From Chrysomallon squamiferum (taxonomy: Eukaryota > Animalia > Mollusca), in assembly GCA_012295275.1 (NCBI GenBank), contig CM022669.1, positions 930,001 to 994,000 on the forward strand: a stretch of 64,000 bases of DNA, in the 5' to 3' direction. Positions within the stretch are counted from its first letter, which is position 1, and every line of letters starts with the position of its first letter. The translations under genes and the position numbers were made by a program. Shown one piece after another: positions 26,745 to 42,006 of the stretch. The notes beneath the pieces are model-generated. The model saw only the letters and a program-made list of their open reading frames with translations, was not told the origin of the DNA and did no database searches.

Positions 26745-29700
26745 TCAGTACATACAAAGCTATCTAAGATTTGATCACAGAACAAAGAAACCTAAGATTT
26801 ATACACACAACATACAAAGCTATCTAAGATTTATACACAGAACATAGAAACCTATCGAAGATTTATACACACAACATACAAAGCTATCTAAGATTTTTAC
26901 ACACAACATACAAACATACCTAAGATTTATACACACAACATACAAAGCTATCTAAGATTTATACACACAACATACAAACATATCTAAGATTTATACACAC
27001 AACATACAAAGCTATCTAAGATTTATACACAGAACATAGAAACCTATCGAAGATTTATACACACAACATAGAAATCTATCTAAGATTTATACACAGAACA
27101 TACAGAGCTAAGATTTATACACAGAACATAGAAACCTATCTGAGATTTAAACACAACATACAAAGCTGTCTAAGATTTAAACAGAACATAGAAACCTATC
27201 GAAGATTTATACACACAACATACAAAGCTATCTAAGATTTATACACACAATATACAAAGCTATCTAAGATTTAAACACAGAACATACAAAGCTATCTAAG
27301 ATTTAAACACAGAACATACAAAGCTATCTAAGATTTATACACACAACATACAAACATATCTAAGATTTATACACACAACATACAAAGCTATCTAAGATTT
27401 ATACACACAACATACAAACATATCTAAGATTTATACACACAACATACAAAGCTATCTAAGATTTATACACAGAACATAGAAACCTATCGAAGATTTATAC
27501 ACACAACATAGAAATCTATCTAAGATTTATACACAGAACATACAGAGCTAAGATTTATACACAGAACATAGAAACCTATCTGAGATTTAAACACAACATA
27601 CAAAGCTGTCTAAGATTTAAACAGAACATAGAAACCTATCGAAGATTTATACACACAACATACAAAGCTATCTAAGATTTATACACACAACATACAAAGC
27701 TATCTAAGATTTAAACACAGTACATACAGAGCTAAGATTTAAACACAGAACATAGAAAGCTATCTAAGATTTAAACACAAAACATAGAAAGCTATCTAAG
27801 ATTTAAACACAGAATATACAAAGCTATCTAAGATTTAAACACAGAACATAGAAAGCTATCTAAGATTTAAACACAGTACATACAAAGCTAAGATTTAAAC
27901 ACAGAACATAGAAAGCTATCTAACATTTAAACACAAAACATAGAAAGCTATCTAAGATTTAAACACAGAACATAGAAAGCTATATAAGATTTAAACACAG
28001 AACATACAGAGCTAAGATTTAAACACAGTACATACAAAGCTATCTAAGATTTAAAGACAGAACATAGAAAGCTATCTAAGATTTAAACACAGAACATACA
28101 AAGCTATCTAAGATTTAAACACAGTACATACAAAGCTAAGATTTAAACACAGAACATAGAAAGCTATCTAAGATTTAAACACAGAATATACAGAGCTATC
28201 TAAGATTTAAACACAGTACATACAAAGCTATCTAAGATTTAAACACAGAATATACAGAGCTAAGATTTAAACACAGAACATACAGAGCTAAGATTTAAAC
28301 ACAGAACATACAAAGCTATCTAAGATTTAAACACAGAACATAGAAAGCTATCTAAGATTTAAACACAGTACATAGAAAGCTATCTAAGATTTAAACACAG
28401 AACATAGAAAGCTATCTAAGATTTAAACACCGAACATAGAAAGCTATCTAAGATTTAAACACAGAACATACAAAGCTAAGATTTAAACACAGAATATAGA
28501 AAGCTATCTAAGATTTAAACACAGAACATACAGAGCTATCTAAGATTTAAACACAGAATATAGAAAGCTATCTAAGATTTAAACACAGAATATAGAAAGC
28601 TATCTAAGATTTAAACACAGAATATACAGAGCTAAGATTTAAACACAGAACATTGAAAGCTATCTAAGATTTAAACACAGAACATACAAAGCTAAGATTT
28701 AAACACAGAACATTGAAAGCTATCTAAGATTTAAACACAGAATATAGAAAGCTATCTAAGATTTAAACACAGAACATAGAAAGCTATCTAAGATTTAAAC
28801 ACAGAACATACAGAGCTAAGATTTAAACACAGAACATTGAAAGCTATCTAAGATTTAAACACAGAATATAGAAAGCTATCTAAGATTTAAACACAGAACA
28901 TAGAAAGCTATCTAAGATTTAAACACAGAATATACAAAGCTATCTAAGATTTAAACACAGAACATAGAAAGCTATCTAAGATTTAAACACAGTACATACA
29001 AAGCTAAGATTTAAACACAGAACATAGAAAGCTATCTAACATTTAAACACAAAACATAGAAAGCTATCTAAGATTTAAACACAGAACATAGAAAGCTATC
29101 TAAGATTTAAACACAGAACATACAGAGCTAAGATTTAAACACAGTACATACAAAGCTATCTAAGATTTAAACACAGAATATAGAAAGCTATCTAAGATTT
29201 AAACACAGAATATAGAAAGCTATCTAACATTTAAACACAGAACATAGAAAGCTATATAAGATTTAAACACAGAATATAGAAAGCTATCTAACATTTAAAC
29301 ACAGAACATTGAAAGCTATCTAAGATTTAAACACAGAATATAGAAAGCTATCTAACATTTAAACACAAAACATAGAAAGCTATCTAAGATTTAAACACAG
29401 AACATAGAAAGCTATATAAGATTTAAACACAGAACATACAGAGCTAAGATTTAAACACAGTACATACAAAGCTATCTAAGATTTAAACACAGAACATACA
29501 GAGCTAAGATTTATACACAGAACATAGAAACCTATCTGAGATTTAAACACAACATACAAAGCTGTCTAAGATTTAAACAGAACATAGAAACCTATCGAAG
29601 ATTTATACACACAACATACAAAGCTATCTAAGATTTATACACACAACATACAAAGCTATCTAAGATTTAAACACAGTACATACAGAGCTAAGATTTAAAC

Positions 29701-32450
29701 ACAGAACATAGAAAGCTATCTAAGATTTAAACACAAAACATAGAAAGCTATCTAAGATTTAAACACAGAATATACAAAGCTATCTAAGATTTAAACACAG
29801 AACATAGAAAGCTATCTAAGATTTAAACACAGTACATACAAAGCTAAGATTTAAACACAGAACATAGAAAGCTATCTAACATTTAAACACAAAACATAGA
29901 AAGCTATCTAAGATTTAAACACAGAACATAGAAAGCTATCTAAGATTTAAACACAGAACATACAGAGCTAAGATTTAAACACAGAACATACAAAGCTATC
30001 TAAGATTTAAACACAGAACATACAAAGCTATCTAAGATTTAAAGACAGAACATAGAAAGCTATCTAAGATTTAAACACAGAACATACAAAGCTATCTAAG
30101 ATTTAAACACAGTACATACAAAGCTAAGATTTAAACACAGAACATAGAAAGCTATCTAAGATTTAAACACAGAATATACAGAGCTATCTAAGATTTAAAC
30201 ACAGAACATACAGAGCTATCTAAGATTTAAACACAGTACATACAAAGCTAAGATTTAAACACAGAATATACAAAGCTATCTAAGATTTAAAGACAGAACA
30301 TAGAAAGCTATCTAAGATTTAAACACAGAATATACAAAGCTATCTAAGATTTAAACACAGAATATACAGAGCTAAGATTTAAACACAGAACATAGAAAGC
30401 TATCTAAGATTTAAACACAGAACATACAGAGCTAAGATTTAAACACAGAACATTGAAAGCTATCTAAGATTTAAACACAGAATATAGAAAGCTATCTAAG
30501 ATTTAAACACAGAACATAGAAAGCTATCTAAGATTTAAACACAGAATATACAGAGCTAAGATTTAAACACAGTACATACAAAGCTATCTAAGATTTAAAC
30601 ACAGAACATAGAAAGCTATCTAAGATTTAAACACAGAATATACAGAGCTAAGATTTAAACACAAAACATAGAAAGCTAAGATTTAAAGACAGAACATAGA
30701 AAGCTATCTAAGATTTAAACACAAAACATACAAAGCTATCTAAGATTTAAACACAGAATATACAGAGCTAAGATTTAAAGACAGAACATAGAAAGCTATC
30801 TAAGATTTAAACACTGAACATACAGAGCTAAGATTTAAACACAGAACATACAAAGCTATCTAAGATTTAAACACAGAACATACAAAGCTATCTAAGATTT
30901 AAACACAGAACATACAAAGCTATCTAAGATTTAAACACAGAACATAGAAACCTATCTAAGATTTAAACACAGAACATACAAAGCTATCTAAGATTTAAAC
31001 ACAGAATATAGAAAGCTATCTAAGATTTAAACACAGAACATACAGAGCTAAGATTTAAACACAGAATATAGAAAGCTATCTAAGATTTAAACACAGAACA
31101 TACAGAGCTAAGATTTAAACACAGAACATACAGAGCTAAGATTTAAACACAGAATATAGAAAGCTATCTAAGATTTAAACACAGAACATACAGAGCTAAG
31201 ATTTAAACACAGAATATACAGAGCTAAGATTTAAAGACAGAACATAGAAAGCTATCTAAGATTTAAACACTGAACATACAGAGCTAAGATTTAAACACAG
31301 AACATACAAAGCTATCTAAGATTTAAACACAGAACATACAAAGCTATCTAAGATTTAAACACAGAACATACAAAGCTATCTAAGATTTAAACACAGAACA
31401 TAGAAACCTATCTAAGATTTAAACACAGAACATACAAAGCTATCTAAGATTTAAACACAGAACATACAAAGCTATCTAAGATTTAAACACAGAACATAGA
31501 AACCTATCTAAGATTTAAACACAGAACATACAAAGCTATCTAAGATTTAAACACAGAATATAGAAAGCTATCTAAGATTTAAACACAGAACATACAGAGC
31601 TAAGATTTAAACACAGAACATACAGAGCTAAGATTTAAACACAGAATATAGAAAGCTATCTAAGATTTAAACACAGAACATAGAAAGCTATCTAAGATTT
31701 AAACACAGAACATAGAAAGCTATCTAAGATTTAAACACAGAACATACAAAGCTATCTAAGATTTAAACACAGAACATACAGAGCTAAGATTTAAACACAG
31801 AACATAGAAAGCTATCTAAGATTTAAACACAGAATATACAAAGCTATCTAAGATTTAAACACAGAACATACAAAGCTATCTAAGATTTAAACACAGAACA
31901 TAGAAAGCTATCTAAGATTTAAACACAGAACATAGAAAAATCTAAGATTTAAACACAGAAAACACTATCTAAGATTTAAACACAGAACATACAAAGCTAT
32001 CTAAGATTTAAACACAGAACTTAGAAAGCTATCTAAGATTTAAACACAGAACATACAAAGCTATCTAAGATTTAAACACAGAACATAGAAAGCTATCTAA
32101 GATTTAAACACAGAACATACAAAGCTATCTAAGATTTAAACACAAAACATACAAAAGCTATCTATGATTTAAACACAGAACATACAGAGCTATCTAAGAT
32201 TTAAACACAGAACATAGATAGCTATCTAAGATTTAAACACAGAACATAGAAAGCTATCTAAGATTTAAACACAGAACATACAGAGCTATCTAAGATTTAA
32301 ACACAGAACATAGAAAGCTATCTAAGATTTAAACACAGAACATAGAAAGCTATCTAAGATTTAAACACAGAACATAGAAAGCTATCTAAGATTTAAACAC
32401 AGAACATGCAGAGCTAAGACTTAAACACAGAATATAGAAAGCTATCTAGA
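26745..32450. repeat. 5.7-kb satellite with a 32-bp unit (aacatagaaagctatctaagatttaaacacag) and a 28-bp variant
   Basis: Period 32 (e.g. 32341 to 32373), roughly 180 units by length, with internal higher-order duplications. Confidence 0.98.
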
Positions 32451-32934
32451 TCATCATCTCACTCTGTTGCCTTTATGCTGTATGAACAGGATCAATGTTG
32501 TAGGTGAAAAATGTCAGACAAACATAATCAGAGGCGTTATATTTTTTCTGTCAGACAAACTTTGACCATAACTTTTTATTTATTTATTTATTTATGACGG
32601 TGGTGATAATGATAATGATAATTCAAAACTAACAATTTACTGAAAGTAGTTTCTCTAAATATGAAAACATTAACAAACTATGCATTTTTTTTATCAAAAC
32701 ACATAAACGTCTAAACAGGAATACATTATCAAACTGTAAATTTTTACTTAAACACGCACACTTCTGAACATAAAAACACACTCCAACTCTACATTTTTAT
32801 GAATAGACTATGAAATTACCCGTTTCTCTAAATACCAACAATCAAATTTTAGATTTTTATCTAAACATATACACTTTTTAAAATCAACAATTTAACCGTA
32901 TATTTTTGTCTAAAAATGTAGATTTCTGAAGATG

Positions 32935-33925
32935 AATACACAATCAAATTGTACATTTTTTGTCTAAACAGATAAACATATAAACAAGAACAATCAAATT
33001 GTATATTTTGATCTAAACACATAAACTTATAAACAAGAACAATCAATTTTGATCAATTTATATAATTTTTTTGATCTAAACACATAAACTTATAAACAAG
33101 AACAATCAAATTGTACATTTTTTGTCTAAACAGATAAACATATAAACAAGAACAATCAAATTGTACATTTTTTGTCTAAACAGATAAACATATAAACAAG
33201 AACAATCAAATTGTATATTTTGATCTAAACACATAAACTTATAAACAAGAACAATCAAATTGTATATTTTGATCTAAACACATAAACTTATAAACAAGAA
33301 CAATCAAATTGTATATTTTGATCTAAACAAAACTAAAACAAGAACAATCAAATTGTATAAACACATAAACAAAACAAGAACAATCAAATTGTATATTTTG
33401 ATCTAAACAAACAAGAACAATCAAACTTAAACTAAAACAAGAACAATCAAATTGTATATTTTGATCTAAACACATAAACTTATAAACAAGAACAATCAAA
33501 TTGTATATTTTGATCTAAACACATAAACTTATAAACAAGAACAATCAAATTGTATATTTTGATCTAAACACATAAACTTATAAACAAGAACAATCAAATT
33601 GTATATTTTGATCTAAACACATAAACTTATAAACAAAATTATAACAATCAAATTGTATATTTTGATCTAAACACATAAACTTATAAACAAGAACAATCAA
33701 ATTGTATATTTTGATCTAAACACATAAACTTAAACTTATAAACAAGAACAATCAAATTGTATATTTTGATCTAAACACATAAACTTATAAACAAGAACAA
33801 TCAAATTGTATATTTTGATCTAAACACATAAACTTATAAACAAGAACAATCAAATTGTATATTTTGATCTAAACAGATAAACTTATAAACAAGAACAATC
33901 AAATTGTATATTTTGATCTAAACAC
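32935..33925. repeat. Homogenised 49-bp minisatellite (aacaatcaaattgtatattttgatctaaacacataaacttataaacaag)
   Basis: Period 49 (33491 to 33540), about 20 units, embedded in degenerate flanking units. Confidence 0.96.
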
Positions 33926-34506
33926 ATCAATTTTAAACATCATTAGGCTGTCTTCTAAACAAAGACTGAGTTTTAAGAAATATATTTTACAACGACTATT
34001 AAGTTAGTTTCTGCTTCGATAAACAACGCGACACTATCAAATTATGCATTTTTTTTATCATTACACATAAACGTCTGAACATAAAAACACTGTCAAAGTG
34101 TATGTTTTTACCTAAACACGAAATATCTAATTATACATTTTTATTTAAACCCATAAACCTTTAAAACAAACAATAAAAAATTGTATATTTTTATCTAAAC
34201 ACATAAACTTTTAAACATGATTTGATTATCTTCTAAACTAGTTGTAAGAAATATATTTCACCACCACTGTTAAATCATGTTAGGTACTTTTGTACTTCGA
34301 TAAACAACCCGACCCTTAAGACTTTATGAGACGACAAACTGGGTCATCGATTTCAGTGATTCGTGACGTGTTTGACTTTGGCAAAATTACATTTTAGCTG
34401 TTTTATAACAAAGCTGAACAGACTTAGTAAAGAATAATGAATTAAAAAATTAAAAATGTAATTTAATTAAATTAAATTAATAAATAAAAGTTAAATGATT
34501 GATGAA

Positions 34507-34547
<41 letters not shown>

Positions 34548-35642
34548 CAACAATAACAGTAATCATCATCAACAAGAATAATAATGATAAATCTTTTTCA
34601 TTTTTCTCTATGATATTTAACTTATGGTTATTTATCGATTAGTTAATCTTTGGTAATCTTTAAAAAGAAATTAGTAATAATAGATATAAGAAACAAGCTT
34701 CTGCTGATTGTCTGAATAATTATGAAATTAATTTCTAGTCTTGACAGTCAGTATAATAAATGGAAGAAATGTACTTAACACAAACTATATGTCAGATGTT
34801 ACTCAACATGTTAAACTTGTCACGGTGACTTTATAAGGGTACATACAGATATTTTTCTTTAGTGATCATCTGTCCAGTCACATATACTTATGAACATGAA
34901 AACACTATCAAAATGTATATTTTAATCTAACTATACAGACCTTTGAATACCGCTTCCCACATATATACATGTGATTTATAAGCTGAATATACATTATTAC
35001 GGTTTATTTTATAATTATAAGCTGAATCTGAGAAATGAATGAAGGTTTCTTAAAAAAATAATAAAAAGATGAAAAACTAACATTCGAATTATGCAGTTTT
35101 AAACAGGCACGTTTTAACAGATTTACAGAGATTTTAAGATTGTCAATGTGTTCACTGTTTCAATGGAACCAGTGACAAAACTTCGCCCTTGAACAACACT
35201 TTTCAGATGAAACAAACAAAATTCTACTTGATTACAGAAACTGATATCTGCATTTAATTAAAAACATTTTACAAAAATTAATCTAGCTTAATTTTTCAAG
35301 TGTCTGTTGTTATTATACGAACTTTATAACAATAATCTTTTGTTCCATGTATTATTATATTTTCTCAGATAGATATTGGGGATTTAATTATAGCTATGTC
35401 TGCCTCTTCTCCTATTTCTCATCTCTTTGTAACTTGGATAATTTGCTCAATGACAAAACATATATTGCTATTGAAAGGAAATATAGAAAACCTTTAACTT
35501 GTAAATATTTATTCCTAACTATTCAGAATAACTTTAAAACGAAATTTACAAGGAAAAGTAGGTAACTAGATCTTGCACATTGCCCACTAATACATACTAC
35601 TATCTGACTACAAAATCTGCCGTTACACAAAATATTCAAAAT

Positions 35643-36187
35643 CTCAAAAGTGGAAGATCCTTGAGCTAAAACTTCCACTGAACGTTTTTAGGAGAGTACA
35701 GGTAATATCCAGGAACACTGGAAAACACCTTTCTAACCTTTTTCAGATCAGTTTCAATTATTATAACATCGAGATAGTCATCCCAAGGAACAACTCCATG
35801 ATGTCTGTAAGCACCAAGATGAGATCCTTCCCAGAGTAAACATTTTAAATTTCCTTTATTGTAGGCTTCGAAGAATTTGTCCATAGAAAGAAGCATCTGA
35901 GAGTGATCGTTTACGGAAAGTCTCAGCAAAAACGTTTTCAACAGTTCATTTCTTTCCAATTTGTCTTTTTGTGGAACATACCACATGGGCATTGCTTTTA
36001 TCGAGTCTTTTGATGGAATATTTAAACTCTTTAATGAATAGCTGGTCTCGGGTAAATTTTGATATTTTTTGAAGAATTTCTCGAAAATTTCATGTTTGTA
36101 CTTCAAGGAAGTTATATAGATGATAGCAAAAATACTTGAACAGCCAACATTGAGAATAAAAAATACGTATTTACTGAACATCACCAT
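35643..36187 (-). pseudogene. LicD type A copy 4, with a nonsense codon and 3' truncation
   Basis: TAC>TAG at 35666. The motif has decayed to GSHLG...WDDYLD. Homology ends at ~35643. Confidence 0.92.
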
Positions 36188-36654
36188 TATTACAAATAAA
36201 ATGTTTAATTTTGTTTTCTTCTTTTTTTGGGGGGGGAGTGCGGGGATTGCAGATTAAACAATATTAACAATAATAATAATAAGTCAGTGTGTGTTTCACT
36301 AACAGGATTATGATCTGTTACAGGACGTTTATACAACTTTTGGCGGTAAAATATTTGAAAATTAACAAAACTTGTTATGCAGTTGAAATTTCATAATATA
36401 TTAATTTCTTATTCCAGAAATGATTAAGACAGTAAATATATGAAGACTACAGCAAAAAAAATAAAAAATAAAAATTTGAAGTAATAAATGTACTCTTCCA
36501 AAAACATTCGCAGCAAAATATTATCATTCTGCAAAAGATATTATGAAAATAAATAAATAAATAAAATAAAACAAGCATAAATAAGAAAATATGTTTAATG
36601 ACATATGGATAATCAACATTAGTAATAACTTGCATGACTATTAAATGCTGAATA

Positions 36655-36761
36655 CATACCTGTTAGTCCAGCGATCTCTGGAATACACGTCTCTATATCC
36701 TCTTCCACACTTTTATCCACACACAGACAGGACTGAAAGCGTACTTTATATTTATTCAGGA

Positions 36762-36813
<52 letters not shown>

Positions 36814-36838
36814 TAATAACAACAACAACAACAACAAC

Positions 36839-36897
<59 letters not shown>

Positions 36898-37790
36898 TAA
36901 TGATAATAATAACAGTAATAACAATAGTAATAATAAGCAGTTATAACTTTGAAATTCGTGTTCTTTCTGTGTCGTAAATAACGCGGGGTATTGTATAATT
37001 TCTTCACAAAAGTAAACCGGTTTTTCCACCTGCTTCGCTTACTTCGTCTTCAGTGCTACTCTGCATCACACGTAATGTAGGACATACTCCAAAGCGCCCG
37101 AGTTTATGGTCTGACATACAAATCTGAACCTTTAATTTATTTTCTGTTTAGCTCGAATTTCAATAAAAATTGCATAAATTAAAAAGTTGAATGCTTCTGT
37201 TTGTGTTTATTATACAAAAGTTGTTTTCATCTGATGGAGAAGAACAAAAAGCGTTTATCTCAATTAGTAGTGCGATGGGTAGCTGCGACGTCGTTATGGA
37301 TCAACGAACGTGTAACGTGAACGTCGTCTGCTTTTGACACTCATACGATTAAATTTACGAGCTATCCTCGTACAACCAAACTTGACAAAACAAAATACGA
37401 ATATTAGATTCATCCGTTTACCTCTCGAAAACCTGAGCCACAAATTTTTGTAAAGTCCCTGTCACGCTACCAGTGCCTAAGATGCTCATCATCCCAGTCA
37501 AAAGGATATGGGTATTTACAAACTCTATGACAGTAAAGTCAAATGAATCAAGGGAGAATCAGCATAATTGTGTCACTAACCTTTTCAAGTTATCTAATTG
37601 TTTTCATAAAAATACGCCGTTAATAATATTACGCTGTAAAGTGACAGTATCGAAATAAGTGAAAAAAATATCTTACCATATCCCGTTGCCAAGGTTGTTT
37701 CAAAGCAAGGCCGAAATTTTAAGACCCTTTCACGTGACATCAGAGGGAATCGCGTCCCTTGTTCTTCCTTAGACTCAGTTTTCCTTCTCT
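36655..37790 (-). pseudogene. Decayed kinase-like relic (K3), unit 4
   Basis: FETTLATGYGKIF (ORF 37594-37800), LIHNDVAA at ~37280-37304, EKPVYFCEEII and FQSCLCVDKSV (subdomain XI-like, ORF 36619-37029). An (AAT)n expansion lies inside. Confidence 0.5.
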
Positions 37791-38909
37791 CTGTGTGCAT
37801 GTATGTGTGTGTGTGTGTCTGTGTCTGTGTGTGTGTGTATGTTTGTGTGTTTGCAGAATGTTTTCTATCGAACCACGCTCATGTTTCTTCCCCTCCCAGT
37901 GGGAAAGTGACTGATCATGTCCATTTTCATCAATCAGAACCTCCTGAATTATGTTTAAAGATTCTTCTTCGTGAACAACATCATAATTCTTTTCATAAGC
38001 TGTCGATTTAGCCCCCAGAATTACGATTTAATTTATGATGACGGAATAAGTATGGTTCTTTAGTGTCAGTTGATCAAATTAATTTTGTTTTGTTTGAAAC
38101 CTCGACCAAAACATATTACATACATAATAAATAACAACAAAATAAGTCATTCAGCAAGTTTCCTTATTCAGTCTTCCTTTGGTTTGACATTTGCTTCATA
38201 AAGTCCAGTCTCACATTTAACAAGTCTCTCAAAAACATATTTTCCAGTGTCACTTTTTAAATCTTATAATTTGTGTAAGTGAAATTCAACTTCTGGCCCA
38301 TTTGCACTTACATTATCATACACCGCACGTGCTTTTGTAAGTACAGCTACAACTTAATTCTTTATCCACCCAGTGTTTGTCCATGAACTCTTAATGTGTT
38401 CGATGATAAAAGAAATTTGAAAGCTCTAAACATTAACATCTGAGCTTTCCTGATTTTTTGCTTCTACATGTTTTCACTCCGATTAATTTGGCATATAACA
38501 AAGTTTAATCTATTATAAACAGAAGTGGAGTTATGAATTTTCATAGTGTTAATTTGTTACTATGTGAATGGTCTAGCGCAAATGCACAATGTTGCCAAAT
38601 ATTCACTTTGCAAATATATGAAAACAAAAAATGAATTATTGAACACATGGTATTATATACTTCGAAAATAAGCTTAGCTTCAGAATGGGCCCTTAAAAAT
38701 AAAGATTTATTGAAAATAGAAGCAGCAAAAAAAAAAAAAAAAAAAAAAATTATAATAATTAACAAAATCACCACTTCGGAATTATTTAATTGTCAATTTC
38801 GAACTTTTATCACCAAAATAAGAATAAAAAGATATATAATCATAGTCAGCAGTACCAAACTTGTACTTCCCAAACAGCAAATCACTTCTGAGTAGCTAAT
38901 TGTAAAATT

Positions 38910-39120
38910 TCTCAGTTTAATGTACTCGTTGTATTACAAGGGTTGTAGAAATACCTCAGTTTAACGTATTATTACAAGTGTTGTAAAAATATCTAAGTTT
39001 AACGTATTCGCTGTATTACAAGTGTTGTAAAAATATCTCAGTTTAATGTATTCGCTGTATTACAAGTGTTGTAAAAATATCTCAGTTTAACGTATTCGCT
39101 GTATTACAAGTGTTGTATTT
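38910..39120. repeat. 44-bp minisatellite, ~5 units
   Basis: Same unit as 4660-5375. Confidence 0.9.
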
Positions 39121-39337
39121 ATTGTCAAAAGTCTCAGTTTAAATCAGGCAGCAGTAAAGGAAGAGTATTATGTATTCCTCAGTCAGACTGCTACGGCCGC
39201 AGGACATTTAAATATCGTTTATGAAATCTCCCTTTAAATGGTTGTGTCAGTTCAAACATCACAAATTTAATTGTTGCTAAAGAGAACACATGTATATAAT
39301 GCATGTATGTATATATGTATGAATGTATGTATCCGTG

Positions 39338-39368
<31 letters not shown>

Positions 39369-39924
39369 GTGAATCTCTCTCTCTCCCACTCTCTGCTTCT
39401 GTTTCTCTGTGTGTGTATGTGTTGTGTGTGTGTCTGTGCGTGTTTGTATGTATATATATGTAAATATCTCTGTAAATGTATTTTCTCTACTGAGATTAGA
39501 GGTGAAGGTGAAAAAATATAATTTTATTACAGTTGACTACACACACAAAACCAGATCTTTTCATAGATATTTAAATGTTCTCTCCGACATATTCAGACAT
39601 GCAATAGCAACAACAGTGGCTGTTACCAGTCCAGTGAATTTTAACAAAGACCGCTCGCAAGGTCTGCCCTTACAGGTTAAAATGCCTGTACTCATGGGCG
39701 GTGAATAAAACCAGGTCTTGGAAGATGAATACATTGAATGATGCGGTTTTACTAGTTCATGTAATTATGTGTTAAATGCTCACGGTGAAAGGAGTAAGAC
39801 AAGATTAAGTTGAGATAACTTTCTTTAAAACTGAGTATTTCTTTAATTTTTTTTTTTTAAACTTTTAATTTGTATTTGGCAGTTTGCAGTCATTAATTTT
39901 TTTCTACTTATGAATATATATATA

Positions 39925-40150
39925 AGCTTGAGGTCTGTTAGGTTGTTAGTTTTCAGAATGTCTGTCATACGTTTTATCAATACTTTCTAGAACACATACA
40001 TTCGAGCTTCCTGCACTGACTACATATTAACTGCTATTCAGGTATTGTCCTTGTGATGCACGCCTTTCTTGGACACATTCCCGTATCCATCCTTGTCTAT
40101 TGAATCAATGTTTGTTTGTTATGCAGCAGTCAAGATTCATTACTGACAAG
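39925..40150 (-). pseudogene. Decayed kinase N-lobe (K1), unit 4
   Basis: Reads DSIDKDGYGNVSKKGVHHKDNT*IAVNM*SVQEARMYVF*KVLIKRMTDILKTNNL. Confidence 0.6.
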
Positions 40151-40228
40151 ATAATAAACATATAAATAATAAAATCTCAGTTTGTTTCTTCACGTATTTA
40201 CGTACACAATAGTGTTAAATAAACAGTC

Positions 40229-40410
40229 TCAGCACATCGAGATCGTCATCCCAAGACAGGATGTCTGTAAGCCTCAAGAAGAGATCCTTCCCAGAGTAAA
40301 CACGTTAGGTTTCCTTTCTTGCAGGCTTCGATGACTTTGTCCACGCTTGAGCATATCATCATTTTCTTCTTTCATTTTATTTTGAATATACCATTTCTGA
40401 TATTTTGTTA
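40229..40410 (-). pseudogene. LicD type C fragment
   Basis: [30 protein letters not shown]. Confidence 0.85.
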
Positions 40411-40415
40411 TGTTC

Positions 40416-40485
<70 letters not shown>

Positions 40486-41164
40486 ATCGTTTTCTGCAAA
40501 TAGTTCTGCATAATTTTTACAAAAGTTTAATTTTTTTAAATCTTATTTTGATATTTCACCGCAATAATATATAAAACAGAGATTTCAGTGTTTTAAATAC
40601 GAAGTGAGTTGAAGAGAAAGCCTTTTTAAATCTAGTTTTGCACAATTGTATGCACTGTAATAATATTTACTATACAAAGCAGTTGAAATGTTTACCCTTG
40701 TTTCGAAAAGAGACTTTTTAATTTTTGTTCCAGAATAATTGTTTATATATTCAAGCCAGTCATCATATCATGTTATTAATTTCTTATTTCATTTGGTCAT
40801 ATACATACGTGTAGTGTGTTTATTTATTGTAGATAGTGGTTGTCATGGTATTTTACAAAGTGTGCTATGTAAAGTTTATTGAACTGATGTAAAACAAAGA
40901 GAAGTATATGTTAGTTGATGTTAGACTTAGTCTTAGGTAAGCATTCCGTTTTTTTTGTAGTGTGCAGATGATTTTTATACAGTCAGTCTCAATGTCAAAA
41001 CTGTCATCATTACTCACTGTCCAACATCATTAATATCATTAGTTAGATCGTTTAAAAAGAAAGAAAGAAAAAGTTGAAAGAAATAAAAGTATTTTCTAAG
41101 TCATTAATTTATTAATGTATGCAAGTGTCACATATCAGGAGTGATATGGCATGGCTCAAGGTAG

Positions 41165-41420
41165 CTTTGATCTGTACAGTGTGTATTCAAGCACACTAGA
41201 TAAGACATCTTTCACCATCTGACTCGACTCGATCACCATTACATCAAGATCATCATCCCAAGGGATAAAGCCGTGATGGCGGTAAGCCCCAAGAAGTGAT
41301 CCTCCCCATAAAATATAAGTCATGTTTGCTTTTTTGCACACAAACGTGTCAAACGTCTGAAGCATTAAAGTCTTCTCAAGCATCGACACTTTTGGCATGA
41401 ATTTTTTCAGATAATCCTGT

Positions 41421-41421
<1 letters not shown>
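41165..41421 (-). pseudogene. LicD type B internal fragment (catalytic core only)
   Basis: [42 protein letters not shown]. It matches ~19277-19540 and lacks the anchor and C-terminus. Confidence 0.9.
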
Positions 41422-41507
<86 letters not shown>

Positions 41508-42006
41508 TTGTCACTCTATTACCTTTATGTTGTATGATCAGGAGCAATGTTATAGGTGAAAAATTTCAGTCAAGCATAATCAGAGGGATTGTTTTTGTCT
41601 CTGTAACTTTCGCTATAACTTTCTATTATTTAATTATTTATTTAATCATTATGATAATTATATATCATTTTATCAAAACACATGTGTTGTTATATGAAAT
41701 GTGTTTTACTGTATTTTGGTAAAAAATGTGATGATATTATTAAAAGAATTATGAAATTACTCGGAACACATATTTAAAAAGTCACAACAACAACAATAAT
41801 AATAATAAATTTGAACATACGAAAGAAATGAAGGCGAAAGATTTAATAGAAAATACTGTTAATTCTGGAGGGTTTTTTCTTCTTGTTTTTTCTTTTTTCT
41901 TGTAATGCTCTTTATGGTGATTATTGAATTAATTTATGTATATTATTTATATAGCGTTTTTGTTTGCATACATAAATAAAACAAAACAATATTCCGTGTA
42001 CCAATG

